DNA from: Thermoanaerobaculia bacterium
GTDB taxonomy: Bacteria > Acidobacteriota > Thermoanaerobaculia > Gp7-AA8
NCBI GenBank assembly: GCA_035576005.1
Contig: DATLXH010000128.1
Span: forward strand, 5,257-69,256
Reading direction: 5' to 3'
Length of the DNA: 64,000 nucleotides
The position numbers and the translations under genes are program-made. This document shows, one piece after another, positions 26,125 to 35,755 of this stretch; the stretch's first letter is position 1; each line of letters opens with the position of its first letter. The notes under the pieces were generated by a model, which ran no database searches, was not told the origin of the DNA, and saw only the letters and a list, made by a program, of their open reading frames with translations.

Positions 26125-26260
26125 GAGGATCCTCCTGGGGTTGATTAGCTTTCACTTAGAGCAACATATGTGCCCTCAGACTCCGGGCAGCGTCCCCGGC
26201 CGATTCATCGACACCGGACGTGAGCACGCCTCCTTGCTGAGACACCCAGTGTCAAATCCT

Positions 26261-27469
26261 TCAGACCTCGGCAGCCTCCTCGACGACTCTCAAGACCTTC
26301 GCAACCTCGCTCTGGAGTGTCAGCGAGCCGGCCCGTCGCAACAGCTCTCTCCGCTGCCGGGATCGAAGCTCATGGTCGCCCGCCAGCCGCACGATCTCGT
26401 CCGCGAAATGGCTCGGCGAGTCAGGGGGAACGAGCGTTGCCATTTCCCCGCTCAGCAGCTCCCGCATCGCGGGAAGCGCTGTCGCAACAATTGGTACGCC
26501 GAGTGAGAGGTACTCGAAGGTCTTGCGCGGGATGACCATACGATTCATTGCTGTGTCGAGTGACGGAATCACCGCCAGATCGGCTCGTGTCAATTCCGCC
26601 GGGACCTCTTCGTACGGAACCCAGCCTCGGATCTGAACCTGCTGCCCCCAGGACGATTCGGCAACGCGACTTCGGATCTCAGGCATCGCGCGACCTGTCC
26701 CGATAAGCAAAAACTCCGCGCGAATCCTGCTGCAAACCGACGCGAACACTTCCAGAAACTCGAGTACGCCGTCGCGCCGGTCGATACCTCCATGAAAGAC
26801 GATGCGAAACGGTTCCGCAGCATCACGAACCGGAGGTTCGATCTCAGCTCGAAAGCGCCGAGCGTCTGCTGCGTCATAAGACACTGACGCCGTAACCCTA
26901 TAGCGTTCCTCCAGGTAGTCGCGCATCGCCGCAGTCAAAACGATTACGCTGCCCGCCTCCCGGAGAAACTTCTTTTGATACCAGGGCCCCAGCAACGCAG
27001 CAGCCGACCGGAGGAGACCGGTTTCGAAGGGATAGATCTCGAGCAGATCAACTTCCCAGAGATCGGCGATCAGCGGCGTTCCAACCCTGGATCTACCCTT
27101 CGAGTGCCTGGCAGGGCGCCGTGCCAGGCGCCTCGCCAGCGGAGCGCTGCCGAGGCGATGAGCGTATATGACATCGTAAGTCGAGCGAAGTTGCGGCTCG
27201 AGAGCGAGCGCGCGATACGCGAAGCGGAGATGCTGTTGCATCTTCATCTTCGAAAAACGATCGATCGCGGGCGTTGGAAAGAGCGTCACTGCTGGTCCGA
27301 GATCGAGATCAGTCGCCGGAGCTACCAGATCAATTTCGTGACCTGCGGCCGCAAGAACCTGGAGGATCGCATGGCCACGAAGATTACTTCCCGACAGGGG
27401 AAAGAGCGATTCGGCATGGATGAAGACGATCCTCACCCGACGCCTTCCGGCACCTTCGCTCCGTGCCAC
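26261..27469 (-). CDS. GT4-family glycosyltransferase
   Basis: C-terminal IPSLDT...PRKTFEYLSLGVPIVAT (the E-x7-E region of GT-B retaining glycosyltransferases). Confidence 0.8.
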   Translation of the reverse strand: MARSEGAGRRRVRIVFIHAESLFPLSGSNLRGHAILQVLAAAGHEIDLVAPATDLDLGPAVTLFPTPAIDRFSKMKMQQHLRFAYRALALEPQLRSTYDVIYAHRLGSAPLARRLARRPARHSKGRSRVGTPLIADLWEVDLLEIYPFETGLLRSAAALLGPWYQKKFLREAGSVIVLTAAMRDYLEERYRVTASVSYDAADARRFRAEIEPPVRDAAEPFRIVFHGGIDRRDGVLEFLEVFASVCSRIRAEFLLIGTGRAMPEIRSRVAESSWGQQVQIRGWVPYEEVPAELTRADLAVIPSLDTAMNRMVIPRKTFEYLSLGVPIVATALPAMRELLSGEMATLVPPDSPSHFADEIVRLAGDHELRSRQRRELLRRAGSLTLQSEVAKVLRVVEEAAEV

Positions 27470-27588
27470 GAACGCGGCAGGATCTCGAGCTGCGTTCCCG
27501 CGGAAAGCGCACTCACAGACGCACCTGCGGGCACCCGGTACACGCCTTGCTAAGGAAGGTGTGAGTATAGAAAGAAGGAGGAAATTGC

Positions 27589-27888
27589 ATGAATCGTAAA
27601 GTCATTCTCTCGCTGCTAGCCCTCGTTATGGTGTTCTCGGTTGCCTGTAAGTCGCTCAATCAGATGACACCCAGTGGCATGGACGACGGAGCCATTGAAC
27701 TGGAAGTGCGTGCAAAGATTGGTGAGGACGTATCCAACAAGGCCCTCGACGTAGGTGTTTCATCCAAGGATGGAGTCGTTACCCTTTCAGGTACGGCGAA
27801 TTCTGAGGATCAGAAACGGAAGATCGGCGAAGCTGCCAACGACGTCAAAGGCGTCAAGGCAGTCATCAATAATCTTCGTGTGAATTAA
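27589..27888 (+). CDS. BON-domain lipoprotein (OsmY-like)
   Basis: AAGGAGG RBS, lipobox VFSVAC, and a single BON domain (GVVTLSGTANSEDQKRKIGEAANDVKGVKAVINNLRV). Confidence 0.8.
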   Translation: MNRKVILSLLALVMVFSVACKSLNQMTPSGMDDGAIELEVRAKIGEDVSNKALDVGVSSKDGVVTLSGTANSEDQKRKIGEAANDVKGVKAVINNLRVN

Positions 27889-27907
27889 GTTCAACCGCAT
27901 TGATTTT

Positions 27908-27939
27908 TGAAAAGAGGCGGCCGAAAGGCCGCCTCTTTT
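27908..27939 (+). terminator. intrinsic terminator
   Basis: GAAAAGAGGCGGCCGAAAGGCCGCCTCTTTTC perfect hairpin plus T-run. Confidence 0.65.
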
Positions 27940-27942
27940 CGT

Positions 27943-28052
27943 GTAGGACAGACACTTGTGTGTCTTTCGTTCTTTTCGAATAGGACAGACACTCTTGCTG
28001 TCTCCGTGGAAAATGCAGGGGTCCCGTGACAGACAAGAGTGTCTGTCCTACA
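27943..28052. repeat. hairpin repeat family C (three units of the GACAGACA..TGTCTGTC hairpin; outer units TGTAGGACAGACAC / GTGACAGACAAGAGTGTCTGTCCTACA)
   Basis: Imperfect palindrome with three GACAGAC.../GTCTGTC hairpin units. The same 27-nt unit occurs at 33615, 35581 and 63427. Confidence 0.55.
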
Positions 28053-28812
28053 ACGAATTCGCGATCCGGTTGGCAATGAGCCGGTATCCTTCTTCACCCG
28101 GATGGAACCGATCGAGACTCAGCCGGCTCGAATGAGAAAAAAGATCTGACGTCTGCACCACGGTCAGATCGGCATCCCCTTCGAATCGCCTGACCAGCTC
28201 GCCGTTCCATCGATTGACAAACCGGCTCACGAGCTTTCCGTAATCAGAGCCCGTGAATGGATTGTAGAGTCCGACGAGAAAAATCCGGGCTGCGGGATTT
28301 GCTGTCCGGATTCTTCCGACGACTTCAACCACACTATCGAGCACTCGACCGATCACTGCATCCGGGTTCGCTGGTGGATTCGATCTCGTTTCGGCATCGC
28401 CGAACAGGTCGTTGCCGCCAATCGACACAACGACCACGTTGGCATCCCCGATCAACTTCTGAACGTTCCGGCTGTCCAGCAGCTTGAGCAGGTCCCTGGT
28501 TCGCGCTCCATTGACCGCGACGTTCACCATTGGCGACCGTTTTCGTTTCATCCGACCCAACTCTGCGTCGAGGTTGCCGCCGATGCCGAGGCCGCTGACA
28601 TCGCCGGTACCTCGAGCGAGCGAATCGCCAAGAATCATCATCCGAAGCTCGTCCTGCTTTACCGCAGGAGTCGGCGAGGCGGCAAATCGAGCGCCATCCG
28701 AAAGGGGAACGCCGAGATCTCCTCTTGCGAACGCGACCAGGCCATAGCCAAAAAGGACGATCCCCGCGAGCGTCGCTGCAGTCGGAAGATACCAGTGAAG
28801 GATTCGGCGCAT
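28048..28812 (-). CDS. SGNH/GDSL-family hydrolase, membrane-anchored
   Basis: GDSLARG (block I), GGNDL (block III) and DRFHPGEEGY (block V, DxxH). Confidence 0.75.
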   Translation of the reverse strand: MRRILHWYLPTAATLAGIVLFGYGLVAFARGDLGVPLSDGARFAASPTPAVKQDELRMMILGDSLARGTGDVSGLGIGGNLDAELGRMKRKRSPMVNVAVNGARTRDLLKLLDSRNVQKLIGDANVVVVSIGGNDLFGDAETRSNPPANPDAVIGRVLDSVVEVVGRIRTANPAARIFLVGLYNPFTGSDYGKLVSRFVNRWNGELVRRFEGDADLTVVQTSDLFSHSSRLSLDRFHPGEEGYRLIANRIANSL

Positions 28813-28904
28813 GGTTCGCTGTGCAACTGAGTCGGCGGACAACCTCTTCCACTCTTCGCGCGTATTGAGTGGTAGCGTCTGTGCAGTCCGCGATTCCTGT
28901 CGAC

Positions 28905-29813
28905 ATGGAACCAACCCTTGTAGCCTCCAATCTCACGAAGACGATCGCCGGGAAGGTCATCGTCGATTCGCTCTCGTTCGAGACCTTCCCCGGAGAAGTC
29001 TTCGGCTTTCTCGGTCCGAATGGCGCGGGAAAGACCACGACGATCAGAATGCTCGTCGGACTGATCCGCCCCACCAGCGGTTCGGTCACGATCTGCGGGC
29101 ACGACGTGCGTCGCGAATTTGAGAAGGCGATGCGCTGCATCGGCTGCATGGTCGAGACTCCCGACCTCTATAAGTTCATGACGGGCCGCGAGAATCTCGA
29201 GCATTTCTCGCGCATGCTCGGGAAGGTGAATCGTGAACAGATCGAGCACGTGGCCGGTCTCGTGTCACTGGCACACAGGCTCGATCATCGAGTCGGAACG
29301 TATTCACTCGGAATGCGTCAGAGACTTGGAATTGCGCAGGCACTTCTTGGCAGTCCTCGGGTTCTAATACTCGACGAGCCGGCGAACGGACTGGATCCTG
29401 CTGGCATCCGTGAGATCCGCGGGTTGCTTCGTAGTCTTGCGTCGGAAGGGATGAGCATCCTGGTCTCGAGCCATCTGCTCGCGGAGATCGAGCTCATGTG
29501 CGATCGGGTTGCGATCATTCACAAGGGAAAGATGGTGACGAGCGGAAAGGTGTCCGAGCTCATCTCGTCGACCCGCTCGCTCGAGATCAGGGTCGATGAT
29601 CCCGCGCGAGCGGCGGACATTGCGAAGAGTCATGGCTACTCCCCTTCCGTGGACGAAGACACTCTTCGTTTCGCAATCGACGAGTCGCTTGCGCCGCCAC
29701 TGATTGCAGCTCTGGTGGAGAATGGAGTCGCGGTTTTTCACGCGACCGCGGAGCTTCAAACACTCGAAGAGATGTTCATCGAGGCAACGGGAGGCGAGTC
29801 GGTCGCGACGTGA
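28905..29813 (+). CDS. ABC transporter ATP-binding protein (ABC-2/bacitracin-export type)
   Basis: Walker A GPNGAGKTT, Q-loop, signature LSLGMRQRL, Walker B ILILDEP, H-loop. Confidence 0.85.
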   Translation: MEPTLVASNLTKTIAGKVIVDSLSFETFPGEVFGFLGPNGAGKTTTIRMLVGLIRPTSGSVTICGHDVRREFEKAMRCIGCMVETPDLYKFMTGRENLEHFSRMLGKVNREQIEHVAGLVSLAHRLDHRVGTYSLGMRQRLGIAQALLGSPRVLILDEPANGLDPAGIREIRGLLRSLASEGMSILVSSHLLAEIELMCDRVAIIHKGKMVTSGKVSELISSTRSLEIRVDDPARAADIAKSHGYSPSVDEDTLRFAIDESLAPPLIAALVENGVAVFHATAELQTLEEMFIEATGGESVAT

Positions 29814-29814
29814 G

Positions 29815-30792
29815 ATGACATTCAACCGGCTCGTCGAGAACGAGACTCTCAAGATGATTCGCAGGAAGCGGTTCATGATCGTCATCGGGATCATGATCGC
29901 AATCCTCGCGATGATCGCTTACTCACAGTACCGGCAACTGAACCAGCGGAAATCGCGGAACTGGCGGGTCGATACACAGCAGCGGATCGCGAACTATCAG
30001 AACATGGTGCGTCGCGGACGAATCGCCCCGACGTGGGCGCGATCTCTCCGGGCCGAGATCGCGAGGCTGCAGTTCTACATCGACAACGACATTGATCCGG
30101 AGCGACCGACTGCGCCTTTCTTTGCACGGAACTTCGCGAATGCTGCTGGCTTTCTTCTACTCCCCCTTCTGGTGGCCATCCTTGGAAGCGATATCGTTTC
30201 AGCCGAGACCGCCGAGGGCACAGACAAGCTGCTACTGACGAGGCCGGTCCGTCGTTGGAAAATCCTCGGCGCAAAACTCGTCACGCTGTATGGGTTCGCG
30301 ACGCTGACGCTTCTTTGCGGTGGCCTGCTCGCGTACCTGATCTCCGCGATCGTTCTGGAACCCGGCGGGTGGAACGCTCCGACGTTCAGCGGATTTCAGC
30401 TCTCTGCGCGCGGCGTGGACCTCGAAGGGGTTCGAGAACTGCCTCTCTGGAAAGACGCGCTCGTTGCCTACGGCCTGAGCTGGATTGCGATGATTTCGGT
30501 CGCCTCGATCTCCGTGATGCTTTCCGTCATGTTCCGCTCGAGCGCCGCATCGATCGGCACCATGCTGGCCGCCCTGATCGGCGGCACGATCCTCTCGCGC
30601 GTGAGCCCCGACTGGACTGCAGCAAAGTATCTCTTCGTAACCGCACTTCCCATCGCCAGCTATTACAGTGGCGAGGCGCCGCCATACGACGGAATGACGA
30701 TCGAATTCTGCATTGCCCTGCTCATGCTGTGGGGGGTGACTGCAGTGGCAGTAGCATTCGTGACGTTCACCGCGAGGGATACCTTTGGATAG
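29815..30792 (+). CDS. ABC-2 family transporter permease
   Basis: Starts 2 nt after the ATPase stop. It has 6 predicted TM segments and an ABC-2 type architecture. Confidence 0.7.
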   Translation: MTFNRLVENETLKMIRRKRFMIVIGIMIAILAMIAYSQYRQLNQRKSRNWRVDTQQRIANYQNMVRRGRIAPTWARSLRAEIARLQFYIDNDIDPERPTAPFFARNFANAAGFLLLPLLVAILGSDIVSAETAEGTDKLLLTRPVRRWKILGAKLVTLYGFATLTLLCGGLLAYLISAIVLEPGGWNAPTFSGFQLSARGVDLEGVRELPLWKDALVAYGLSWIAMISVASISVMLSVMFRSSAASIGTMLAALIGGTILSRVSPDWTAAKYLFVTALPIASYYSGEAPPYDGMTIEFCIALLMLWGVTAVAVAFVTFTARDTFG

Positions 30793-30856
30793 ACGATCAG
30801 ACTACCTGCAAACGATTCCCGTCGGAGCGCGTTCGGCCAGCGCGGCTATCGTTGTC

Positions 30857-31387
30857 ATGTTCATGGCGCTAACTTTCGGATGCAGCAAAAAACTCGAGGG
30901 GCCGCCCGTCGACACGCGCGAGACAATCGCCATGATGTATGTGACAGCGCCCACCCTCGAGATTCGGGGTCGCGCTTCCGGCGACTCGCCTCTTGTCGCC
31001 ACGTACAAGCAGGGCGAGACAGTCTCAGTGGTTGCTGTCGCCGGGCAGTGGGCCGAAGTCCGGACGGGAAGCGCGACAGGATGGGCATTACAGGACGGCC
31101 TCAGCCGGAACAAAAGAGAAACGGCTCTTCCCGACAATACGACCGTGCGCTTCGTCAAAGCTCCGATGGCTGTTGCATCCTCAGCCCGCGCCTCGGGCGA
31201 GATCGTTCTGGAGGCGTTCGTCAACAGCGGCGGATCTGTCGTGTCAGTTAAGACCGTCGAAAACACAACGGGCTCACTCGATCTGGAGCGTCGCAACCGC
31301 GACGAGCTCACAGGCGCGATCTTCGAGCCAATGATCGTCGATGGAAAGCCTCAGACGTTCATCTACACGCATCGCGCCACGTATTGA
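30857..31387 (+). CDS. lipoprotein with SH3b-like and TonB-C-like segments
   Basis: Lipobox LTFGCS. SH3b-like GQWAEVRTGSATGWALQDGL. The C-terminal ~90 aa resemble a TonB_C fold. Start is uncertain. Confidence 0.45.
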   Translation: MFMALTFGCSKKLEGPPVDTRETIAMMYVTAPTLEIRGRASGDSPLVATYKQGETVSVVAVAGQWAEVRTGSATGWALQDGLSRNKRETALPDNTTVRFVKAPMAVASSARASGEIVLEAFVNSGGSVVSVKTVENTTGSLDLERRNRDELTGAIFEPMIVDGKPQTFIYTHRATY

Positions 31388-31391
31388 TTAA

Positions 31392-31569
31392 CCCGCATTT
31401 CTCACAGACCTTTGTCGTGAGACGGCGGAGAGTGGCCTGGATGCGAGGCGCACGGCGATTTTGCGACGAAGGCATAGTCGACACTATGTCAAGGAGCGAA
31501 ATTGCCGTGCAACGAAGCAGACAGGCCGCTATCCGTCGTCTCACGACAAAGGTCTGTGAGAAATGCGGG
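31392..31569. mobile_element. MITE family A (178 bp; whole element is an imperfect palindrome)
   Basis: CCCGCATTTCTCACAGACCTTTGTCGTGAGACGG...GTCGACACTATGTC...CCGTCGTCTCACGACAAAGGTCTGTGAGAAATGCGGG. Flanked by TTAA...TAG. Confidence 0.65.
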
Positions 31570-31598
31570 CTAGCTCCTTCCCCGCGCCTGCAGCGCAG

Positions 31599-32279
31599 TC
31601 ATGGTCTGAACGTATAACTGTATTGAACGAAGAGCCGGTCACCTCGCTGATTCGCTCCGCTTCCAACATCGAAGTTCTCGTGGTCATAACCAGGTGTGAT
31701 GACTGAGCGACTTTGACCGACGCGGATCGGAAGCGCGACCTGAATACGGATTCCTGTGGCGTCGCCCGAGGTATCGACGAGTCCCTCGCTCACATCCGCT
31801 GTCCCGCGATAGTAGAGAGCCGATACCTCGACGCCGACTCTGCGCGGATGCTTGTGATAGCGAATTCCGGCGAAAGGCAGCGTCTGCTCGACTTTGAAGA
31901 GCGACTCCGTGGCGAAGAAGTACTGGACGACTTCGATTCTGTCGTCGCGAACACCGCCGACTACCTCAACAACCGGCGAGACCGAATAACCTGCGTAGAG
32001 CTCTTTCCATGTTCGCTTGTACTCGCTGCCGCTGCCGAAGAAAAACGATTCCGTCGAACTGTCGCCGTCCGTAAAGTTTCCTCCAAACCTCCATCGGCCT
32101 GTCTGATAGTCCACCGAAGCGGAGGCCAGAAACGCGACGTGTGACTCGTCCACGACCCTCCCCGCACTGTCACTGTTCTCGCGTGTGACTCGTCCTGAGA
32201 GAGAGAACTGGGCCTCCGCCACGGCGGGGAGGAGCGAAGCTACAGCGATGATTCCTGCAAGGATGATGGGCTTGATCAT
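31599..32279 (-). CDS. outer-membrane beta-barrel protein, hypothetical
   Basis: Signal peptide, alternating amphipathic beta strands, and an aromatic-rich C-terminus (YSYTFRP). Confidence 0.55.
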   Translation of the reverse strand: MIKPIILAGIIAVASLLPAVAEAQFSLSGRVTRENSDSAGRVVDESHVAFLASASVDYQTGRWRFGGNFTDGDSSTESFFFGSGSEYKRTWKELYAGYSVSPVVEVVGGVRDDRIEVVQYFFATESLFKVEQTLPFAGIRYHKHPRRVGVEVSALYYRGTADVSEGLVDTSGDATGIRIQVALPIRVGQSRSVITPGYDHENFDVGSGANQRGDRLFVQYSYTFRP

Positions 32280-32439
32280 GAGCGATCCTTTCGTTGCGAA
32301 GTTCCGCCCACCATGAAGTGATCGAGTGCGCGAGTCCTCAGGAATCTATTGGATTTTCATGAATGCGTCTCGTTCCACCTTGCCGCGCCACAGAGATCGG
32401 CCCTGCGTGCGCCCGAAACGTTCTCCTTCGCCTTGTTAA

Positions 32440-32618
32440 CCCGCATTTCTCACAGACCTTCGCCGTGAGACGACGGACAGCGGCCTGTCTGCTTCGTTGC
32501 ACGGGCAATTTCGCTCCTTGACATAGTGTCGACTATGCCTTCGTCGCAAAATCGCCGAGCGCCTCGCATCCAAGCCACTCTCCGCCGTCTCACGACAAAG
32601 GTCTGTGAGAAATGCGGG
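32440..32618. mobile_element. MITE family A (inverse orientation)
   Basis: The same 179-bp element, flanked by GTTAA...TAAG. Confidence 0.65.
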
Positions 32619-32715
32619 CTAAGGAAAGAAACCTGTTCGATCGCGTTGACGTCCTTCTCGCGATCCGGCAACATCCGCCCTCGGTTTCCTGTCGCTGCCA
32701 CAAAAAGGAGAGCAA

Positions 32716-33239
32716 TGAACGAAGAGGCCCGGCCATGGAACGCGAGGAAAATCCTCACGGATCTCTGCGAAAAGGACCGACGGATCGAAGTCCTGACCGC
32801 TTTCTGGAAAAATGGCGACCAACAGACGAGAGCGGTCACCGCGTCGCTGCTCGCGACAGCACTTCGGTTTCGCCAGGAGTCCATCCGTAAGGCTTCGCCG
32901 GCAAAGAAGGCCGAGCTTCTGGCTTCGAGGATGACTCAGCCGGAGCTCGAGGAGGCACTCGAGGTTGCGCTGATGGTCTACCACACGACAAAAGCGAAAG
33001 CCCTGATGTCGAGCCTCCTGGATCACTGGGAGATCCCGCACGTAGAGGGATCGATCGAAGCCGACGATTACAAAGCTCCTTCCCTCCAGCAGGTTCGCGA
33101 CGCTGTATCAGCCGTTCGGGATGAGTTTCCGCAGGCCGATATCGTGCTGTACCTTGCTACCGCCGGACTTTTGATGGGTGCTTCACAACCACCATGGCGC
33201 GAGGCGACGTGGCCAGTGGTGGATGAACTGGTCGGATAG
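32716..33239 (+). CDS. hypothetical protein (174 aa)
   Basis: ATG at 32716 after an AAAAAGGAGAG RBS. The track ORF 32526..33239 starts inside the MITE, so the true start is taken after it. Confidence 0.55.
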
Positions 33240-33260
33240 AATCGTGAATCCGGAGGTCCG

Positions 33261-33527
33261 ATGACTGACGAGAAGAGAGACGACGCAGCAGGGCAGAACG
33301 AGACTCCGTCACGCGAACGCCAGTCCGCGTCTGAGGTTGGAGTCACCGGTGGCGCGAAGAAGAGCCAGATTCAGCAGATTGCCGAAGGAAGCTCTGTGAC
33401 GCGTCGGCGATACGGAATCAAGTCGCAGCCCTTCGGGCCCCAGCCGGCGACCACGACTCCCAACGCGGCGAAGCTGTCGAGTGTGGCCAGTTCATCGCCC
33501 GAGAAATTCAACGGGGGGCGGGACTAG
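33261..33527 (+). CDS. small Gly/Ser-rich hypothetical protein (88 aa)
   Basis: GGAGG RBS 6 nt upstream of ATG. Low complexity, so uncertain. Confidence 0.3.
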   Translation: MTDEKRDDAAGQNETPSRERQSASEVGVTGGAKKSQIQQIAEGSSVTRRRYGIKSQPFGPQPATTTPNAAKLSSVASSSPEKFNGGRD

Positions 33528-33614
33528 CAGGCCCCTCGTGTAGCGCAGGCGTCTCGCCTGCCTTGTGTCCCGTCCATCCGGATCTTTCCACACCTCGAAG
33601 GCAGGCAGGCGGAT

Positions 33615-33687
33615 GTAGGACAGACACTCTTGTCTGTCGCGCGTCGAAGCCGTTTCGATCATGCCTGGCAGACAAGAGTGTCTGTCC
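33615..33687. repeat. hairpin repeat family C (two inverted units)
   Basis: TGTAGGACAGACACTCTTGTCTGTC ... GACAAGAGTGTCTGTCCCAC. Confidence 0.5.
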
Positions 33688-33716
33688 CACTCTGCGCTAC
33701 ACGAGAACCATCGCGT

Positions 33717-34487
33717 TCAGACTCGCGGAAACAGAAACCTCAGCACATCGCCCGCCCGCGTCCCCCACGCTCGCTCGTTGTGGGATCCCCCCTCCACCTC
33801 GTGGTAGACGAGATCGGTTCCAGACACCCACCCTCTGGTGGTGAGCGCGTCTCGAAGCAGCCGAGCGTCCGAGATCCCTTCCGCACTCTCGGTCGTTCCC
33901 ATGTCGAGCCAGATGTCCAGCGGGAGTCTTGCCGGTAATTGCGCGACCTGCTGCACGATGACGCGATCGTGCCACCACACCGAGGGCGAGAGCACCGCGA
34001 CCTTCGAGAACACGTCGCTGTGACTGAGGGCGACATAAAGGGCCACAAGCGCACCTAGCGACGATCCGCCGATGGCATGATTCTCACGCTGTGGCAATGT
34101 CCGGTACCGGAGATCAATCATCGGTTTGAGCTCCTCTACCAGCATCCGCCCATAGCGATCCGCCCTGCCGCTCCCACGAAAGGCGTGATGGCTGGTCGGG
34201 GTGTACTCATGGATCCTCTTTTCACCTGTGTTGTCGATGCCGACGATGATCACGGGCTTGATGGCTCCCGCGGCAATGAGCGTGTCGGCAGTGGCCCCGA
34301 GTTTCCAGTCGACCCCTCCAAAGGCCGTCCTCGACTCGAACAGGTTCTGACCATCGTTCATGTAGAGCACCGGATATCGCTGCTTCTTCCGCCCGTCATA
34401 TCCGGGAGGAAGGTAGACCCGGATGGCGCGGTCAGTGGAGAGAATGTGAGACCGGAATCGGGAAAGCACCTGAAGTCGAGGAGACAT
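33717..34487 (-). CDS. alpha/beta-hydrolase esterase (enterochelin/putative esterase family)
   Basis: GGSSLGA nucleophile elbow (GxSxG), PVLYMNDGQNLF and His near the C-terminus. Confidence 0.75.
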   Translation of the reverse strand: MSPRLQVLSRFRSHILSTDRAIRVYLPPGYDGRKKQRYPVLYMNDGQNLFESRTAFGGVDWKLGATADTLIAAGAIKPVIIVGIDNTGEKRIHEYTPTSHHAFRGSGRADRYGRMLVEELKPMIDLRYRTLPQRENHAIGGSSLGALVALYVALSHSDVFSKVAVLSPSVWWHDRVIVQQVAQLPARLPLDIWLDMGTTESAEGISDARLLRDALTTRGWVSGTDLVYHEVEGGSHNERAWGTRAGDVLRFLFPRV

Positions 34488-34619
34488 GAAGGGAGCGCAT
34501 TGTAAGGGTTGCAGATCGGCGGTTGAAGACGGCATCAGCGAATCCAGCTTTGCGTTTGCATGTCGCCCGCGTGGACCACGACGGAATCCCGGGCGGACGC
34601 TTCAACGTTCCGCGATTGA

Positions 34620-35546
34620 ATGTCACCCAATCTGAAACGGGTCAAGATCGGCCTCGAGCTGACCTCAAAGTGCAACCTGCGGTGCGGGATGTGTCCGCTT
34701 CCAGTCCTGCGCCGCCCATACGAAGACATGGAGTGGCATCTCGTCGAAAAGGCTGAACGCGAGATCCATGGTCTCGGTCTCAAGCTCAAATGGCTTCATG
34801 AGATGGGCGAGCCGCTGCTCTATCCGCGGATCGACGATGCCATCCGCCTTTTCCCCGAAGCAAGCCTCTCGACGAACGGATTGCTGCTGACGGAAGCGAT
34901 GGGCGCGAGGTTGCTCAATGCGAACCTCAAACGGATCCGTATCTGCGTCGACTCACTCAATCCTGCGGTCTACCCCCTCGTCAGAACGGGCGGGGATCTC
35001 GACAAGCTGATCGACCTGACCAAGAGCTTTCTCGGGCAGGCGGCAGGACATCCGATCCGAATCGAAATTCAGCGGATGCGCTCGCGCCTGACTGTCGATG
35101 AATCAGCCGATGATTTTCGGAAGTTCTTCGACACCCGGTCGTTCAAGAATGCCCGGATCATCGAGAAGACCTGCGAGCCTCTCGATGTGAACGAAGAGAC
35201 GGACCTGCATGGAAAGTTTTTCGGTTGCGTCCAAGGCAGCTTCTTCACGTGGATCATCATCTTCGCTGATGGCCGGGTGACGCATTGCTGCTACGACGCG
35301 CACGGCGACCAGGTGATGGGCGACTTGAAAACCGAGCCACTGCTCGACATCGTCAATGGAGACCGCTTTGCTTCGATGAGCGACGCCTTCGCCCGGAATG
35401 ACCTCTCGGCGTTGCCCCGCTGCGCCGAATGTTTCAAGCACGGCGGGGACTCGTCAGCCCTCAACAGCGTCCTGGCGCGGGTTCAGAACCTTCCTGATTT
35501 TGCCAAGGACGTGGTCCGCAAGGTGATTGACGTTCGGTACCGGTAG
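34620..35546 (+). CDS. radical SAM enzyme with C-terminal SPASM/twitch-like Cys cluster
   Basis: CNLRCGMC (CxxxCxxC) near the N-terminus and a C-terminal CCYDAHGD...LPRCAEC cysteine cluster. Confidence 0.8.
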   Translation: MSPNLKRVKIGLELTSKCNLRCGMCPLPVLRRPYEDMEWHLVEKAEREIHGLGLKLKWLHEMGEPLLYPRIDDAIRLFPEASLSTNGLLLTEAMGARLLNANLKRIRICVDSLNPAVYPLVRTGGDLDKLIDLTKSFLGQAAGHPIRIEIQRMRSRLTVDESADDFRKFFDTRSFKNARIIEKTCEPLDVNEETDLHGKFFGCVQGSFFTWIIIFADGRVTHCCYDAHGDQVMGDLKTEPLLDIVNGDRFASMSDAFARNDLSALPRCAECFKHGGDSSALNSVLARVQNLPDFAKDVVRKVIDVRYR

Positions 35547-35577
35547 AGCGCATTTCAACGAACACCCCAGCGTGTTT

Positions 35578-35643
35578 CGCGTGACAGACAAGAGTGTCTG
35601 TCCTACATGCGCGTGTACGACAGACACTCTTGTCTGTCACGCG
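35578..35643. repeat. hairpin repeat family C (two inverted 27-nt units)
   Basis: GTGACAGACAAGAGTGTCTGTCCTACATGCGCGTGTACGACAGACACTCTTGTCTGTCACGCG. Confidence 0.55.
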
Positions 35644-35755
35644 ATAAGCTTGCAGAATCGCGCTCGCCCCCGCTCGGATGACACGGAATCGGTTCAGCGA
35701 TTGCAATCGTCCGGCAATCGACATGCGCACTACGGGACCAGGAGTCTTTCAGGTT

